Shown one piece after another: positions 34,264-43,229 of a DNA stretch of 64,000 nucleotides. Position 1 is the stretch's first letter, and the number at the start of each line of letters is the position of its first letter. Made by a program: the position numbers and the translations under genes. The notes beneath the pieces are model-generated. The model saw nothing but the letters and a program-made list of their open reading frames with translations. It searched no databases and was not told the DNA's origin. This DNA is from Candidatus Thermosaccharophagus gerlachensis (GTDB taxonomy: Bacteria > Armatimonadota > Fervidibacteria > Fervidibacterales > Thermosaccharophagaceae), in NCBI GenBank assembly GCA_041538025.1, contig JBGOEV010000009.1, forward strand, positions 93 through 64,092, in the 5' to 3' direction.

Positions 34264-37206
34264 ATGAACATGTGGAAAGAATCGCATAAAAGTTCATCGG
34301 CTTTGCACTTTTGTGTTCTGGCTTTATCACTACTCTTCATGCTTTTACTTCTTTCACCCGCGACTCGCACTGTTATCAATGAGCGAGATACATTTTTCCT
34401 CCCTTTGCTTTTTGTGGATGACTTTGAGAAGTATCCTGATGGCAGTGTCCCAAGCAACTGGGAGTTCATACGAGGTCAATGGTGGATCACTAAGGAAGAA
34501 ACAAAAGTGCTTCAGCAAACACAGATGGATATGGAGTATGCTGCCTACGCTATCGCCACATGGCAGGATTACTCTATAACGAGCCGCTTCAAAGTCATAA
34601 CCTCCAGTTCAACGTGGGGTGTTGGGATTGTTGCCTACTGGCGTAACAGAGATAACCATTATCGCTTCTACGTGGATGGTGTAAAGATGTGCGTTGTAAA
34701 AGTGGTTGATGGAAAGGCTTTCATGCTTGCTCAAACTGAGTTTGCGGTTGAGCCTCGCAAGTGGTATCGTGTTAAGCTGAAGGTTGCTAACACTGAAGAG
34801 CGTGTTGAGATAAGAGGGAAAATATGGTTGCTCAACACAAGCGAACCGGCAAATTGGATGCTTTCAGCCTCGGATACTAATCCATCGTTCAAATCTGGGT
34901 TGGCTGGATTTTGGACAGCATGCTGTGATGCTGCGTTTGGTGAACTCGTTGTTACAATAAACCCACCCCTCGGTGAGAAGCAGCCTCCTCAAATTCTATT
35001 CAGCGATGATTTCCAGAACGAGCCGAAAGGGAAACCACCTTCGTCTTTCACCTTCTACGGTGGTAGCTGGATTATAGACAGGGATGAAGGGATGAATGTT
35101 TGCAGGCAAGTTGAGGATGAAACACCGTTATCGTTTGATGAGAATGCATTCGCCATAGTGCAATGGCGTGATTATACGGTCACAGCAAAGTTTTATCCTG
35201 AAAAGACGCGCCCTGTGTGGGGATGCGGAGTTATAGGGTATTACACAGTGGATGAAGTTGGGGAACACTTTTACAGGTTATGGCATGCAAGGGGTGTGAT
35301 AATGCTTGATAAGCGTGATGGGGAGCAGACATTTCACATTGGAAGCGCGCCAATGCGAGTTGAAGAGGGCAAATGGTGCACAATGCAAATGAGACTGCAA
35401 ACGCATTCTGATGGTTTGCTAATACGAGTGAAGGCATGGAGCGACGAACAGGAACCGAAGGAATGGTTGCTTGAATACCTTGATAGAACGCCCCTCAAAG
35501 GTGGGCAGGCTGGGGTTCTCGTCTTCAGAGCAAAATGTGCAGTTGACGATTTCAAAGTGTTTTCAAACACTGGCATTGGAATGAGACGCAAAGTTGTGCT
35601 TCAGGTTGGCAAAGGCGGCTTTGATGGATATAAGGAAGCTTTGATAACGAACACAGCACCGAAGGAGGTTATGCCCACAGCACAAACGATCACTCTTTTG
35701 AAGAAAGACAAAGCAGTGAGCAGAATATTGCTATGGTTTGACCTATCGTCACTACCATCTGTGAGCGTGGTCCGAAAGGCTATCCTTTCTCTCTACGCAT
35801 TAAAGTGCGACAGCAATATAACCGTTGGTGTTTTTAGGGTGTTGAAGCAATGGGAGCAAGGAAAAGTTACATGGCTTTCACCAAACGGAGAGCAAAGTTG
35901 GAATACACCGGGCGGTGATTTCCCGGGTGACGGGAACAACTCACCTCGACTGAGCTTTAAAACTGCATCAGTGCGTGGGGAAGAAGCGGAAGTAAAAATA
36001 ACCAAGGCAGACATGTGGGTGAACTTTGATATAACTGAAGCTGTAAAAGCTATAGTTGAAGGTGGCGCTGAGAACAATGGCTTCTTGCTAACCATAGCAT
36101 CAGGTAAAGGCTCTGTTGAATTCATTTCTGGAAGCTCAATTAATGTGAATGCACCGAAGCTGACAATTGAGTATGAGCTACCACAACCACACGAGCTGGT
36201 TCATACCCCAATTGAATACTGGGGAACTGTTGTCATGCGGAAAGGCTTGCTTCCTGGTCCACCACGAGGTTTCTTCCCAGATGGTGTTGTGGGTGAGTAT
36301 TACGAAGACGAGGATTTGGAGACATACAAAGTGGGTGACCCACCACCTGAGACGGCTTTCTCAAAGCTTGTCTTCACACGCAAAGACGAAACGATTGACT
36401 TCAGATGGGATATAGGTGCATCACCTCATCCGGATATGGGGAGCGAATTTTGGAGTGTAAGGTGGCAGGGCAGGATGTTCATCCCACACACCGATGAGTA
36501 TGTCTTTCGTTTTGAAAACCTTGACGATGCTGCAAGGCTATACATTGATGGCAAACTTGTTTTGGATGCTTGGAAGATACAGATGCCTACGACATACTCC
36601 AGTCAACCAATAACTCTAACAGCTGGCTTCCACGATGTGCTCGTTGAGTATTATCAGGGTCCGGGTCCTGGCGCATCTATAAGGTTGACATTCAGCTCGC
36701 GTCGTATCCCAAAGCAACTTGTTGTTTTCCCTGAAGGAGTAAAAGGCGATTACTATGATGAGCCAGAACCACAAGGTTATAAAGTTGGTGAAGCACCACC
36801 TGGACCATTCTTTCAGCGCTACATTTTCTCCCGTGTTGACCTTGTGATAGACCATGATTGGAACACACGCCCACACCCGGATATGAGTTCCCAATACTGG
36901 GGGGTGAGATGGCAAGGGCAACTGCTCGTCCCAGAAGACGGTGAATACCAATTCTTCATTGAAGACTTGGATGATGCAGCACGCTTGTGGATTGATGGTG
37001 AGCTTGTGATTGATGAATGGCGAATAGGACCTCAGCGCGTTGCAGTAAGTAAAGAGGTAGAGCTTAAAAAGGGCTTGCACGACTTCAAGCTCGAATTTTA
37101 TCAAGGACCACCTCCGATTGCATCTATAAAGGTGATGTGGAAGGGTCCTTCCTTTGAGAAGGAACTAATCCCACCAGTTAGCTATTTCGGGCAGGTAAAG
37201 GAGTGA
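34264..37206 (+). CDS. Secreted multidomain protein: 2x LamG/DUF1080-like repeat + DNRLRE domain + 2x PA14 domain
   Basis: Signal-like SALHFCVLALSLLFMLLLLSPA. Repeats begin FEKYPDGSVPSNWEFIRGQWWITKEETKVLQQT and FQNEPKGKPPSSFTFYGGSWIIDRDEGMNVCRQV. DNRLRE-like: SRILLWFDLSSLPSVSVVRKAILSLYAL...VFRVLKQWEQGKVTWLSPNG...WVNFDITEAVKAIVEGGAENNGFLL. Two PA14-like copies: GEYYEDEDL...FWSVRWQGRMFIPHTDEYVFRFENLDDAARLYIDGKLVLDAW and GDYYDEPEP...YWGVRWQGQLLVPEDGEYQFFIEDLDDAARLWIDGELVIDEW. Confidence 0.75.
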   Translation: MNMWKESHKSSSALHFCVLALSLLFMLLLLSPATRTVINERDTFFLPLLFVDDFEKYPDGSVPSNWEFIRGQWWITKEETKVLQQTQMDMEYAAYAIATWQDYSITSRFKVITSSSTWGVGIVAYWRNRDNHYRFYVDGVKMCVVKVVDGKAFMLAQTEFAVEPRKWYRVKLKVANTEERVEIRGKIWLLNTSEPANWMLSASDTNPSFKSGLAGFWTACCDAAFGELVVTINPPLGEKQPPQILFSDDFQNEPKGKPPSSFTFYGGSWIIDRDEGMNVCRQVEDETPLSFDENAFAIVQWRDYTVTAKFYPEKTRPVWGCGVIGYYTVDEVGEHFYRLWHARGVIMLDKRDGEQTFHIGSAPMRVEEGKWCTMQMRLQTHSDGLLIRVKAWSDEQEPKEWLLEYLDRTPLKGGQAGVLVFRAKCAVDDFKVFSNTGIGMRRKVVLQVGKGGFDGYKEALITNTAPKEVMPTAQTITLLKKDKAVSRILLWFDLSSLPSVSVVRKAILSLYALKCDSNITVGVFRVLKQWEQGKVTWLSPNGEQSWNTPGGDFPGDGNNSPRLSFKTASVRGEEAEVKITKADMWVNFDITEAVKAIVEGGAENNGFLLTIASGKGSVEFISGSSINVNAPKLTIEYELPQPHELVHTPIEYWGTVVMRKGLLPGPPRGFFPDGVVGEYYEDEDLETYKVGDPPPETAFSKLVFTRKDETIDFRWDIGASPHPDMGSEFWSVRWQGRMFIPHTDEYVFRFENLDDAARLYIDGKLVLDAWKIQMPTTYSSQPITLTAGFHDVLVEYYQGPGPGASIRLTFSSRRIPKQLVVFPEGVKGDYYDEPEPQGYKVGEAPPGPFFQRYIFSRVDLVIDHDWNTRPHPDMSSQYWGVRWQGQLLVPEDGEYQFFIEDLDDAARLWIDGELVIDEWRIGPQRVAVSKEVELKKGLHDFKLEFYQGPPPIASIKVMWKGPSFEKELIPPVSYFGQVKE

Positions 37207-37256
37207 AGCGAGGTAGCTCCGTTATCCCTTCACTAAGGTAAGGAGGCATCGATTAA

Positions 37257-38879
37257 GTGAAGCGAAGGAATATCGTCCTCATTGGCTTCATGGGTAGCGG
37301 TAAAACTGAGGTGGGAAGAAAACTTGCTCAAGTGCTTGGGATGGAGTTCGTGGACACAGATGCTTTGATTGAGCAGCAAACTCAAATGAGTATAAGCGAC
37401 ATATTCCGCAAGCACGGAGAAAGTTATTTCAGAAAGCTGGAGATGAACATAGTTGATAAAGTGGCAAAAGAGGAAGGGTTGGTAATAAGCACAGGTGGCG
37501 GTGTGCCAACATTTGAAGAGAACTTGAAAGCGCTTAGGTCAAATGGATTGCTATTTTATTTGCGGACATCCCCAATAGCTGTTTGGAAGCGTATCAAGGA
37601 TGCCACTGATAGACCGTTGCTTGATGTGAGCGATCGCTTCACACGCATTGTTGAGTTGCTTGAGAGCAGAGAACCATTTTATCGTCGCGCCGATATCATC
37701 GTGCATACGGATAAGTTAACACCAGATGAAGTGGCATCGCAGATTGCTGCGTGGGTGGCTGCTATTCCACAAGGGGCACGCGCGGTGCCGGTATGCTTGG
37801 AAGAACGCACTTATCACATCATCATCGGAAACGAGCTTTATGAGAGCATACCAAAGTTGCTCACGGCTGCAAACTTGAAGGAGCCGTTCGTTTTGCTTAC
37901 AGATGAAATCGTTTCATCATTGCATGCACGACTCTATGCGGAGGCTTTCAGAGCATATGACAAAGATCTGCATTTTATAACTGTCCCACCTGGCGAGATG
38001 ACTAAATCGCTTGATTACGCGATTCACCTCTACGACAAGCTCGTTGAGCTTAATATGCCAAGAGATGGCACACTCATCGCTTTAGGTGGTGGCGTCGTGA
38101 CAGATCTTGGAGGGTTTGTAGCAGCAACATACATGCGAGGGATTGCGCTTGTGAATGCACCCACAACTTTGCTTGGGCAAATTGACGCAGCAATAGGTGG
38201 CAAAGTAGGAGTTGACCATCGGAGGGCAAAAAACCTGATAGGATGTTTTTACCAACCAAAGCTTGTTATCGCTGACATATCAACGCTGAAAACGCTCCCA
38301 GAAAGAGCCTATAGAGAAGGTTTTGCGGAAGCTATCAAATACGGTGTTATCGGTGATGAGGAATTGTTTGATTTCCTTGAGCGCAGATCGGATGCTTTGC
38401 TTGCGAGGGATCAAGAGGCACTTATGCATGTCATAAGACGCTGTTGCGAGATAAAGGCTCGCATCGTTGAGCTTGACGAGGAAGAAAGAACCGATAAGAG
38501 GGCTTTGCTCAATTACGGACATACCTTCGGGCATGCTATTGAAGTCGTTACGGGGTATCAGCAAGTTTTGCATGGTGAGGCAGTTGCCATTGGAATGGTG
38601 GCTGCAGCGCATCTCTCGTGCATGCTTGGGATATGCTCAAATGACATGGTAGAGAGGCAAACCGAGGTTCTACGCAAATATAAGCTACCGACATCATTAG
38701 CAGAAATTGGCGTAACAGGGATTTCAGCACGGCAGCTTTACAATGCTATGGCGCTTGATAAGAAAAGAAGAGGTAAGACACTGCGTTTCATCCTGCCGAA
38801 AAGAATAGGGGAAGCGTTCGTAACGGATAAACCGATAGAGGAACAACTCCTTGTTGAGGTCATCAACACCATCATTTGA
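37257..38879 (+). CDS. aroKB: Bifunctional shikimate kinase / 3-dehydroquinate synthase
   Basis: GTG start with AAGGTAAGGAGG upstream. AroK: NIVLIGFMGSGKTEVGRKLAQVLGMEFVDTDALIE. AroB: GGGVVTDLGGFVAATYMRGIALVNAPTTLLGQIDAAIGGKVGVD...NYGHTFGHAIE...HGEAVAIGM. Confidence 0.9.
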   Translation: MKRRNIVLIGFMGSGKTEVGRKLAQVLGMEFVDTDALIEQQTQMSISDIFRKHGESYFRKLEMNIVDKVAKEEGLVISTGGGVPTFEENLKALRSNGLLFYLRTSPIAVWKRIKDATDRPLLDVSDRFTRIVELLESREPFYRRADIIVHTDKLTPDEVASQIAAWVAAIPQGARAVPVCLEERTYHIIIGNELYESIPKLLTAANLKEPFVLLTDEIVSSLHARLYAEAFRAYDKDLHFITVPPGEMTKSLDYAIHLYDKLVELNMPRDGTLIALGGGVVTDLGGFVAATYMRGIALVNAPTTLLGQIDAAIGGKVGVDHRRAKNLIGCFYQPKLVIADISTLKTLPERAYREGFAEAIKYGVIGDEELFDFLERRSDALLARDQEALMHVIRRCCEIKARIVELDEEERTDKRALLNYGHTFGHAIEVVTGYQQVLHGEAVAIGMVAAAHLSCMLGICSNDMVERQTEVLRKYKLPTSLAEIGVTGISARQLYNAMALDKKRRGKTLRFILPKRIGEAFVTDKPIEEQLLVEVINTII

Positions 38880-38899
38880 TAAGTTTGAAGGTGAGCAGT

Positions 38900-39586
38900 A
38901 TGCTTAAGAGCTTGCCAATAGTGCTTAACGCCGATTTCGTAAACGCTGTCATAATTGGTGGCGGCAATGTGGCGTTAAGGAAGGCACTGAAATTGCTTGA
39001 GAGGGGCGTTAAGGTGCGCATCGTTTGTAAGGAGCCGTGCGACAAGATAGAGGAGCTCGCTAACGAGGGGAAAGTTGAAGTAATCAAAAGCGAGTATCAA
39101 AGGGAACACCTCGTTGGAGCAAACTTGGTTTTTGCATGCACTGATGATGCAGATACCAACGCAAGGATAGCAAAGGATGCACATGCTCTCGGAATACTCG
39201 TTAATGTGGCTGACAATCCAAACCTGTGCACATTCATCATGCCAGCAGTGCTTCAAAAGGGGTTGGTAACAATTAGCGTTGATACATCAGCTGCAAGCCC
39301 AGCACTTTCTGTCATACTGCGTGACAAGCTGAATGAACTCATAGGTGAAGAGTATGGATTACTCGCACAGCTCTTGTTTGAGATGCGAGACGAGATCAAG
39401 AAGCTCTTACCCAAGCCTTCCTCAAGAGCTCCCGCTATAAGGGAAGCAATACGCAAAGGTTTGCTCAAGCTGTTGCGTAATGGCAATATTGACGAGGCTG
39501 CAAAATTGCTTCGCCAAGAAATCTCCACACAACCTCCAGCTGATGGAGATAGCGTAGCACATGATTTGGTGAGCCAAGATGAGTGA
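38900..39586 (+). CDS. Siroheme-synthase N-terminal-domain protein (precorrin-2 dehydrogenase / sirohydrochlorin ferrochelatase, SirC/Met8-like)
   Basis: AVIIGGGNVALRKALKLLERGVKVRIV is a Rossmann motif, followed by ...LVFACTDDADTNARIAKDA...LVNVADNP. ATG 38900 has AAGGTGA upstream. The track start TTG 38876 overlaps the aroKB stop. Confidence 0.75.
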   Translation: MLKSLPIVLNADFVNAVIIGGGNVALRKALKLLERGVKVRIVCKEPCDKIEELANEGKVEVIKSEYQREHLVGANLVFACTDDADTNARIAKDAHALGILVNVADNPNLCTFIMPAVLQKGLVTISVDTSAASPALSVILRDKLNELIGEEYGLLAQLLFEMRDEIKKLLPKPSSRAPAIREAIRKGLLKLLRNGNIDEAAKLLRQEISTQPPADGDSVAHDLVSQDE

Positions 39587-40520
39587 ACTCAGGGTAGGCA
39601 CACGTGGTAGCAAGCTCGCATTGATTCAAACACAAAGCGTTATTGAAATGCTTCGCAACATTCACCCGCACCTAAGATTTAGCATCCATGTAATCCGAAC
39701 GACTGGCGATAGAGTAAGCGATCTGCCACTGCAGCACCTGAAGGGGAAGGGGTTCTTCGTCAAAGAAATAGAAAAAGCATTGCTGGATGGCGAGATTGAT
39801 ATAGCTGTGCATAGCATGAAGGACATGCCCACTTCCATAGTTGACGGATTAACAATTGCTGCTGTATGCATGCGCCTTGATCCAAGAGATGCACTTGTGC
39901 TGCGTGGCGAAAGAGAAGGGAACGATGTTCAAGTGGATGATTCATTAAACATCATTCCGAGTGGAGCCGTTATTGGCACCTCAAGCCTGCGTCGGAGAGC
40001 CCAGTTGCTTCACTTGCGACCAGATTTAGTGATGAAGCACCTACGAGGCAATGTGGATACAAGGTTGAGAAAGCTTGATGAAGGACAGGTTGATGCGATT
40101 GTCGTGGCAGCTGCAGCACTTGAAAGGCTAAACCTTAAGCATAGGATTACAGCGCTATTGCCAATTCATGTTTGCACTCCTGCAGCTGGACAGGGTGCTT
40201 TAGCAGTTGAAACTCGTTCCGATGACAGACGCATACTTGAGTTGGTTAAGCCCTTGGATGATAAAAGAGCAAGAGCTGAGGTTGAAGCTGAGAGGGCGCT
40301 TGTAGCAGCGCTCGGTGCTGGATGCCATGTCCCAGTCGGAGTTTGCGCAAGATGTATCAACGACGATGAGCTTGAGATAACAGCGGTTGTGGCAAGCTGT
40401 AATGGCAAAATCGTTTTCAGACGCACCATACGCGGGTCACGGCACATGGCGAAAGAGCTCGGCGAAAAGCTCGCTGAAGAGCTTATAGCAGATGGGGCTG
40501 CTCAAATCATATCTGGGTGA
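39579..40520 (+). CDS. hemC: Hydroxymethylbilane synthase (porphobilinogen deaminase)
   Basis: LRVGTRGSKLALIQT...IRTTGDR...GKGFFVKEIE.ALL.GEIDIAVHSMKDMPT...GTSSLRR.AQL...RGNVDTRL.KL...CTPAAGQGALAVE. Confidence 0.92.
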   Translation: MSELRVGTRGSKLALIQTQSVIEMLRNIHPHLRFSIHVIRTTGDRVSDLPLQHLKGKGFFVKEIEKALLDGEIDIAVHSMKDMPTSIVDGLTIAAVCMRLDPRDALVLRGEREGNDVQVDDSLNIIPSGAVIGTSSLRRRAQLLHLRPDLVMKHLRGNVDTRLRKLDEGQVDAIVVAAAALERLNLKHRITALLPIHVCTPAAGQGALAVETRSDDRRILELVKPLDDKRARAEVEAERALVAALGAGCHVPVGVCARCINDDELEITAVVASCNGKIVFRRTIRGSRHMAKELGEKLAEELIADGAAQIISG

Positions 40521-40555
40521 GTTGAAACCAAGGTGACATAGCGAGGTAGAACCTC

Positions 40556-40915
40556 ATGAGCGAGAACAATGAAACGAGAAACAACATCAATATGGCGTTC
40601 AACCCATCTGATCCAGATGTTGAGCATGCGATTGCAACGCACAAGTTCAGCGACGCGCTTGTTGCACTCAGAGCTTATTGCATGCTCATGGCATTAAAAA
40701 GCGGTGTATTTGAAGCGCTCGAAAAAACTCAAAAGCTTAAGCCACCAGCGTTGCATTCTTTGGAAGACTTTATTGAGCTATGTGAAGGCGAAGCTTGCGA
40801 GCGCTATTTGAGATACACTCACCCATATGCTGTATGGCATGTGAACGAAAAAAGATTGAGGCGGTTAAAGAATGTAGCCATTGTTGATCTACTAAGACTC
40901 ATCAAGCTGCTGTGA
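40556..40915 (+). CDS. Hypothetical small protein (119 aa)
   Basis: ORF with GAGGTAG upstream, ending 13 nt before the dinG-like gene. No recognisable motif. Confidence 0.45.
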   Translation: MSENNETRNNINMAFNPSDPDVEHAIATHKFSDALVALRAYCMLMALKSGVFEALEKTQKLKPPALHSLEDFIELCEGEACERYLRYTHPYAVWHVNEKRLRRLKNVAIVDLLRLIKLL

Positions 40916-40928
40916 GCGGTGATGGCGG

Positions 40929-42956
40929 GTGGGTTGGCTTGCGGAACTTTCGCTTTTAACGCTTGCTGAAGATGGAGTAATAGCAAAGCGTCTCAACGGA
41001 TATGAACTTCGTGAAGGACAGCTACAAATGTGCGAGTCTGTTGCGAGGGCGATTGAAACGGGAGAGCACTTGCTTGTTGAAGCTGGGACTGGTGTTGGTA
41101 AAACATTTGCCTACCTTGTTCCAGCTGCTCTGTGGGCAAGCCATGAAGGTAAGCGAGTTATAATCTCAACATACACAAAGACGCTTCAACAACAGCTCAC
41201 AGATAAGGACTTGCCGTTCATTCACGAAGCATTGGGTGGCTCTTTCAGATATGCTGTTGCCTATGGGTCACAAAATTACATTTGTGTGCGCAGGTTGAGG
41301 CAAGCAATACAGCATAACTTGTTCACTTCAATTGAGGAGATAGCCCAGCTTGAAGCTATTTCTGAGTGGGCTAAAACAACGAGAACAGGTCTTCGCATGG
41401 AGCTTTATTTTGAGCCAAGCCAATTCGTCTGGAACGCCGTTTCAAGAGACCCAGACCTATGTGCAGGTTCCAGATGCCTCTTTTATCGTCAATGCCCATA
41501 TCAACTCTCGCGTAGAAGCTTATACGAGGCTCATATCATCGTTGTTAATCACCATCTTTTCTTTTCCAACATCACGGCTGATGGGAATGTGCTTCCAGTC
41601 TATGATGCTGTGGTGTTTGATGAAGCGCACAACTTAGAAGAGGTAGCATGCGAGCATTTCGCTGAGGAGGTTTCAAACACTTCTCTTGAAATGCTATTAA
41701 GCCATCTGTTAGGAAGGCGCTCCGAAAGGGGGCTGTTGCTCAGATACGAAGGGCGTTTTGCCGAACTGTTTGAGCAAGCGCGAAAGATAATTGAAGATGT
41801 GCGTGAGTGTAGCGAGATATTTTTCAACGCAGTTGCTGAACGCATAGGCGAGGCACAGGCGATTCGCATACGGGAAAAGGGATTCATCGAAAACACATTG
41901 AGTGGACCATTGAGCAAACTCGCTTCAGTCATTCGCAAGCTGGCAGAAAGCTTGGATGACTACACCGATGCAGCGGAACTTTATGTCACCTGCGAAAGGT
42001 TGGCGAAGGTGAGTTCGCTTATAACTCACATCCTTGAGATGTCTTTTGAAGGATATGTCTATTGGGCTGAAGTTGAGCAGTTGCGTCGGGAGAAGAAAAT
42101 CTCGCTATGCATGGCTCCAATTGAGCTTGCCGACTTGCTCAAGGAAAATGTCTTTATTGAGGGTATGCCGATAATATTGACTTCGGCTACTTTAGCCACA
42201 TCCAACTCCTTCAGTTATATTCGTGAGCGTCTCGGCATAGAGCGAGCAAGAGAGCTGATTGTGAAATCGCCATTTGAGTTTGAAGAGCAAGTCTTGCTTT
42301 ACATAGCGGATGATTTGCCAGATCCATCGGTTGATATGAAGGCGTTCAATATAAAGGCTGCCGAGCGCATATTAGATTTACTGCAGATAACGAAAGGTGC
42401 AACATTTGTCCTTTTCACGAATTACCCAGCGTTGCGCTATGTGAGCCAGCGCATAAGAGAAGCAATGCCAAACATGAATGTGTTTGTGCAAGGTGAGATG
42501 CCACGCGGGCTCATGCTTGAAAAGTTTCGCAATACAGAAAATGCTGTATTGCTTGGCACGAACACATTCTGGCAAGGTGTAGATGTGCCAGGCGAAGCTT
42601 TGATTGCGGTCATCATTGTTAAGCTTCCATTCGCTGTCCCAGACGATCCTATAACAGAGGCGCGAGTTGAAAGGCTCAAAGAGGGAGGTAAAGACCCTTT
42701 CTATAGCTATCAACTACCACAAGCTATAATTTGGCTCAGACAAGGCTTTGGCAGGCTTGTTAGGCGAACCGATGACTATGGTGTCGTGGCTATACTTGAT
42801 CCGAGGGTCTTGAAAAGGGGTTATGGGAAGCAGTTCATTAACTCATTGCCACGCTGTAGGATAAGCACGTCACTTGATGATGTGCGCTCCTTCTTGATGT
42901 GGAAGGCTCTTGAGAGGGCATCATTTAAGGTGAAGGATAGCTTCTGCTCGGAGTAG
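40929..42956 (+). CDS. dinG: ATP-dependent DNA helicase, DinG/XPD (Rad3) family with an Fe-S cluster cysteine set
   Basis: Walker A EAGTGVGKTFAYLVPA. DEAH box VVFDEAHNLEE. Cysteines at YICVRRL...DLCAGSRCLFYRQCPY. C-terminal motifs TSATL, GTNTFWQGVDVPG and GRLVRR. Confidence 0.85.
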   Translation: MGWLAELSLLTLAEDGVIAKRLNGYELREGQLQMCESVARAIETGEHLLVEAGTGVGKTFAYLVPAALWASHEGKRVIISTYTKTLQQQLTDKDLPFIHEALGGSFRYAVAYGSQNYICVRRLRQAIQHNLFTSIEEIAQLEAISEWAKTTRTGLRMELYFEPSQFVWNAVSRDPDLCAGSRCLFYRQCPYQLSRRSLYEAHIIVVNHHLFFSNITADGNVLPVYDAVVFDEAHNLEEVACEHFAEEVSNTSLEMLLSHLLGRRSERGLLLRYEGRFAELFEQARKIIEDVRECSEIFFNAVAERIGEAQAIRIREKGFIENTLSGPLSKLASVIRKLAESLDDYTDAAELYVTCERLAKVSSLITHILEMSFEGYVYWAEVEQLRREKKISLCMAPIELADLLKENVFIEGMPIILTSATLATSNSFSYIRERLGIERARELIVKSPFEFEEQVLLYIADDLPDPSVDMKAFNIKAAERILDLLQITKGATFVLFTNYPALRYVSQRIREAMPNMNVFVQGEMPRGLMLEKFRNTENAVLLGTNTFWQGVDVPGEALIAVIIVKLPFAVPDDPITEARVERLKEGGKDPFYSYQLPQAIIWLRQGFGRLVRRTDDYGVVAILDPRVLKRGYGKQFINSLPRCRISTSLDDVRSFLMWKALERASFKVKDSFCSE

Positions 42957-43229
42957 GCATACTGATTTTGGTGCTCTACCGAAAGCGCTCTAAAAGTCCA
43001 AATAGCTTTTCTGTGCTGTTGGCTTTAGGACATAGTTGACGGCGAAATTTCTGAGAGCTGATTTGATTGGCGAAAGTTTTTGAAGCTTCATTCTCACAAA
43101 CGCCGAACAGGTTTGACGCTCACGAAAAATTGTCACCAACCACTGGCTGAAGCCAGTGGCATGATTAGCCTGAGGGCATACTTTATTCAACCCTGCATTA
43201 ACCCTCCAACCTGTGAGGTGAATCTAAAA

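Noticed and set aside
40929-42956. DinG-family helicase as a marker of type IV CRISPR-Cas or another DinG-containing defence system.
   Set aside because: No cas/csf genes and no repeat array are in the window. The four-Cys Fe-S insertion and overall layout fit the housekeeping DinG/XPD type.
43036-43080. The string ctgagag upstream of ftsY, reminiscent of the CUGAGA core of TPP riboswitches.
   Set aside because: The other conserved THI-box elements (ACCCUUUGAACCUGAUCUGGNUAAUACCAGCG) are absent. The downstream gene (ftsY) is unrelated to thiamine.
43140-43159. Perfect 8-bp hairpin ccactggc-tgaa-gccagtgg in the 273-nt gap between dinG and ftsY; possible terminator or small RNA (SRP RNA considered because of ftsY).
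   Set aside because: It is not followed by a U-tract. I see no SRP-RNA domain IV motifs. One short hairpin is not enough to call an RNA gene. cmscan could settle it.
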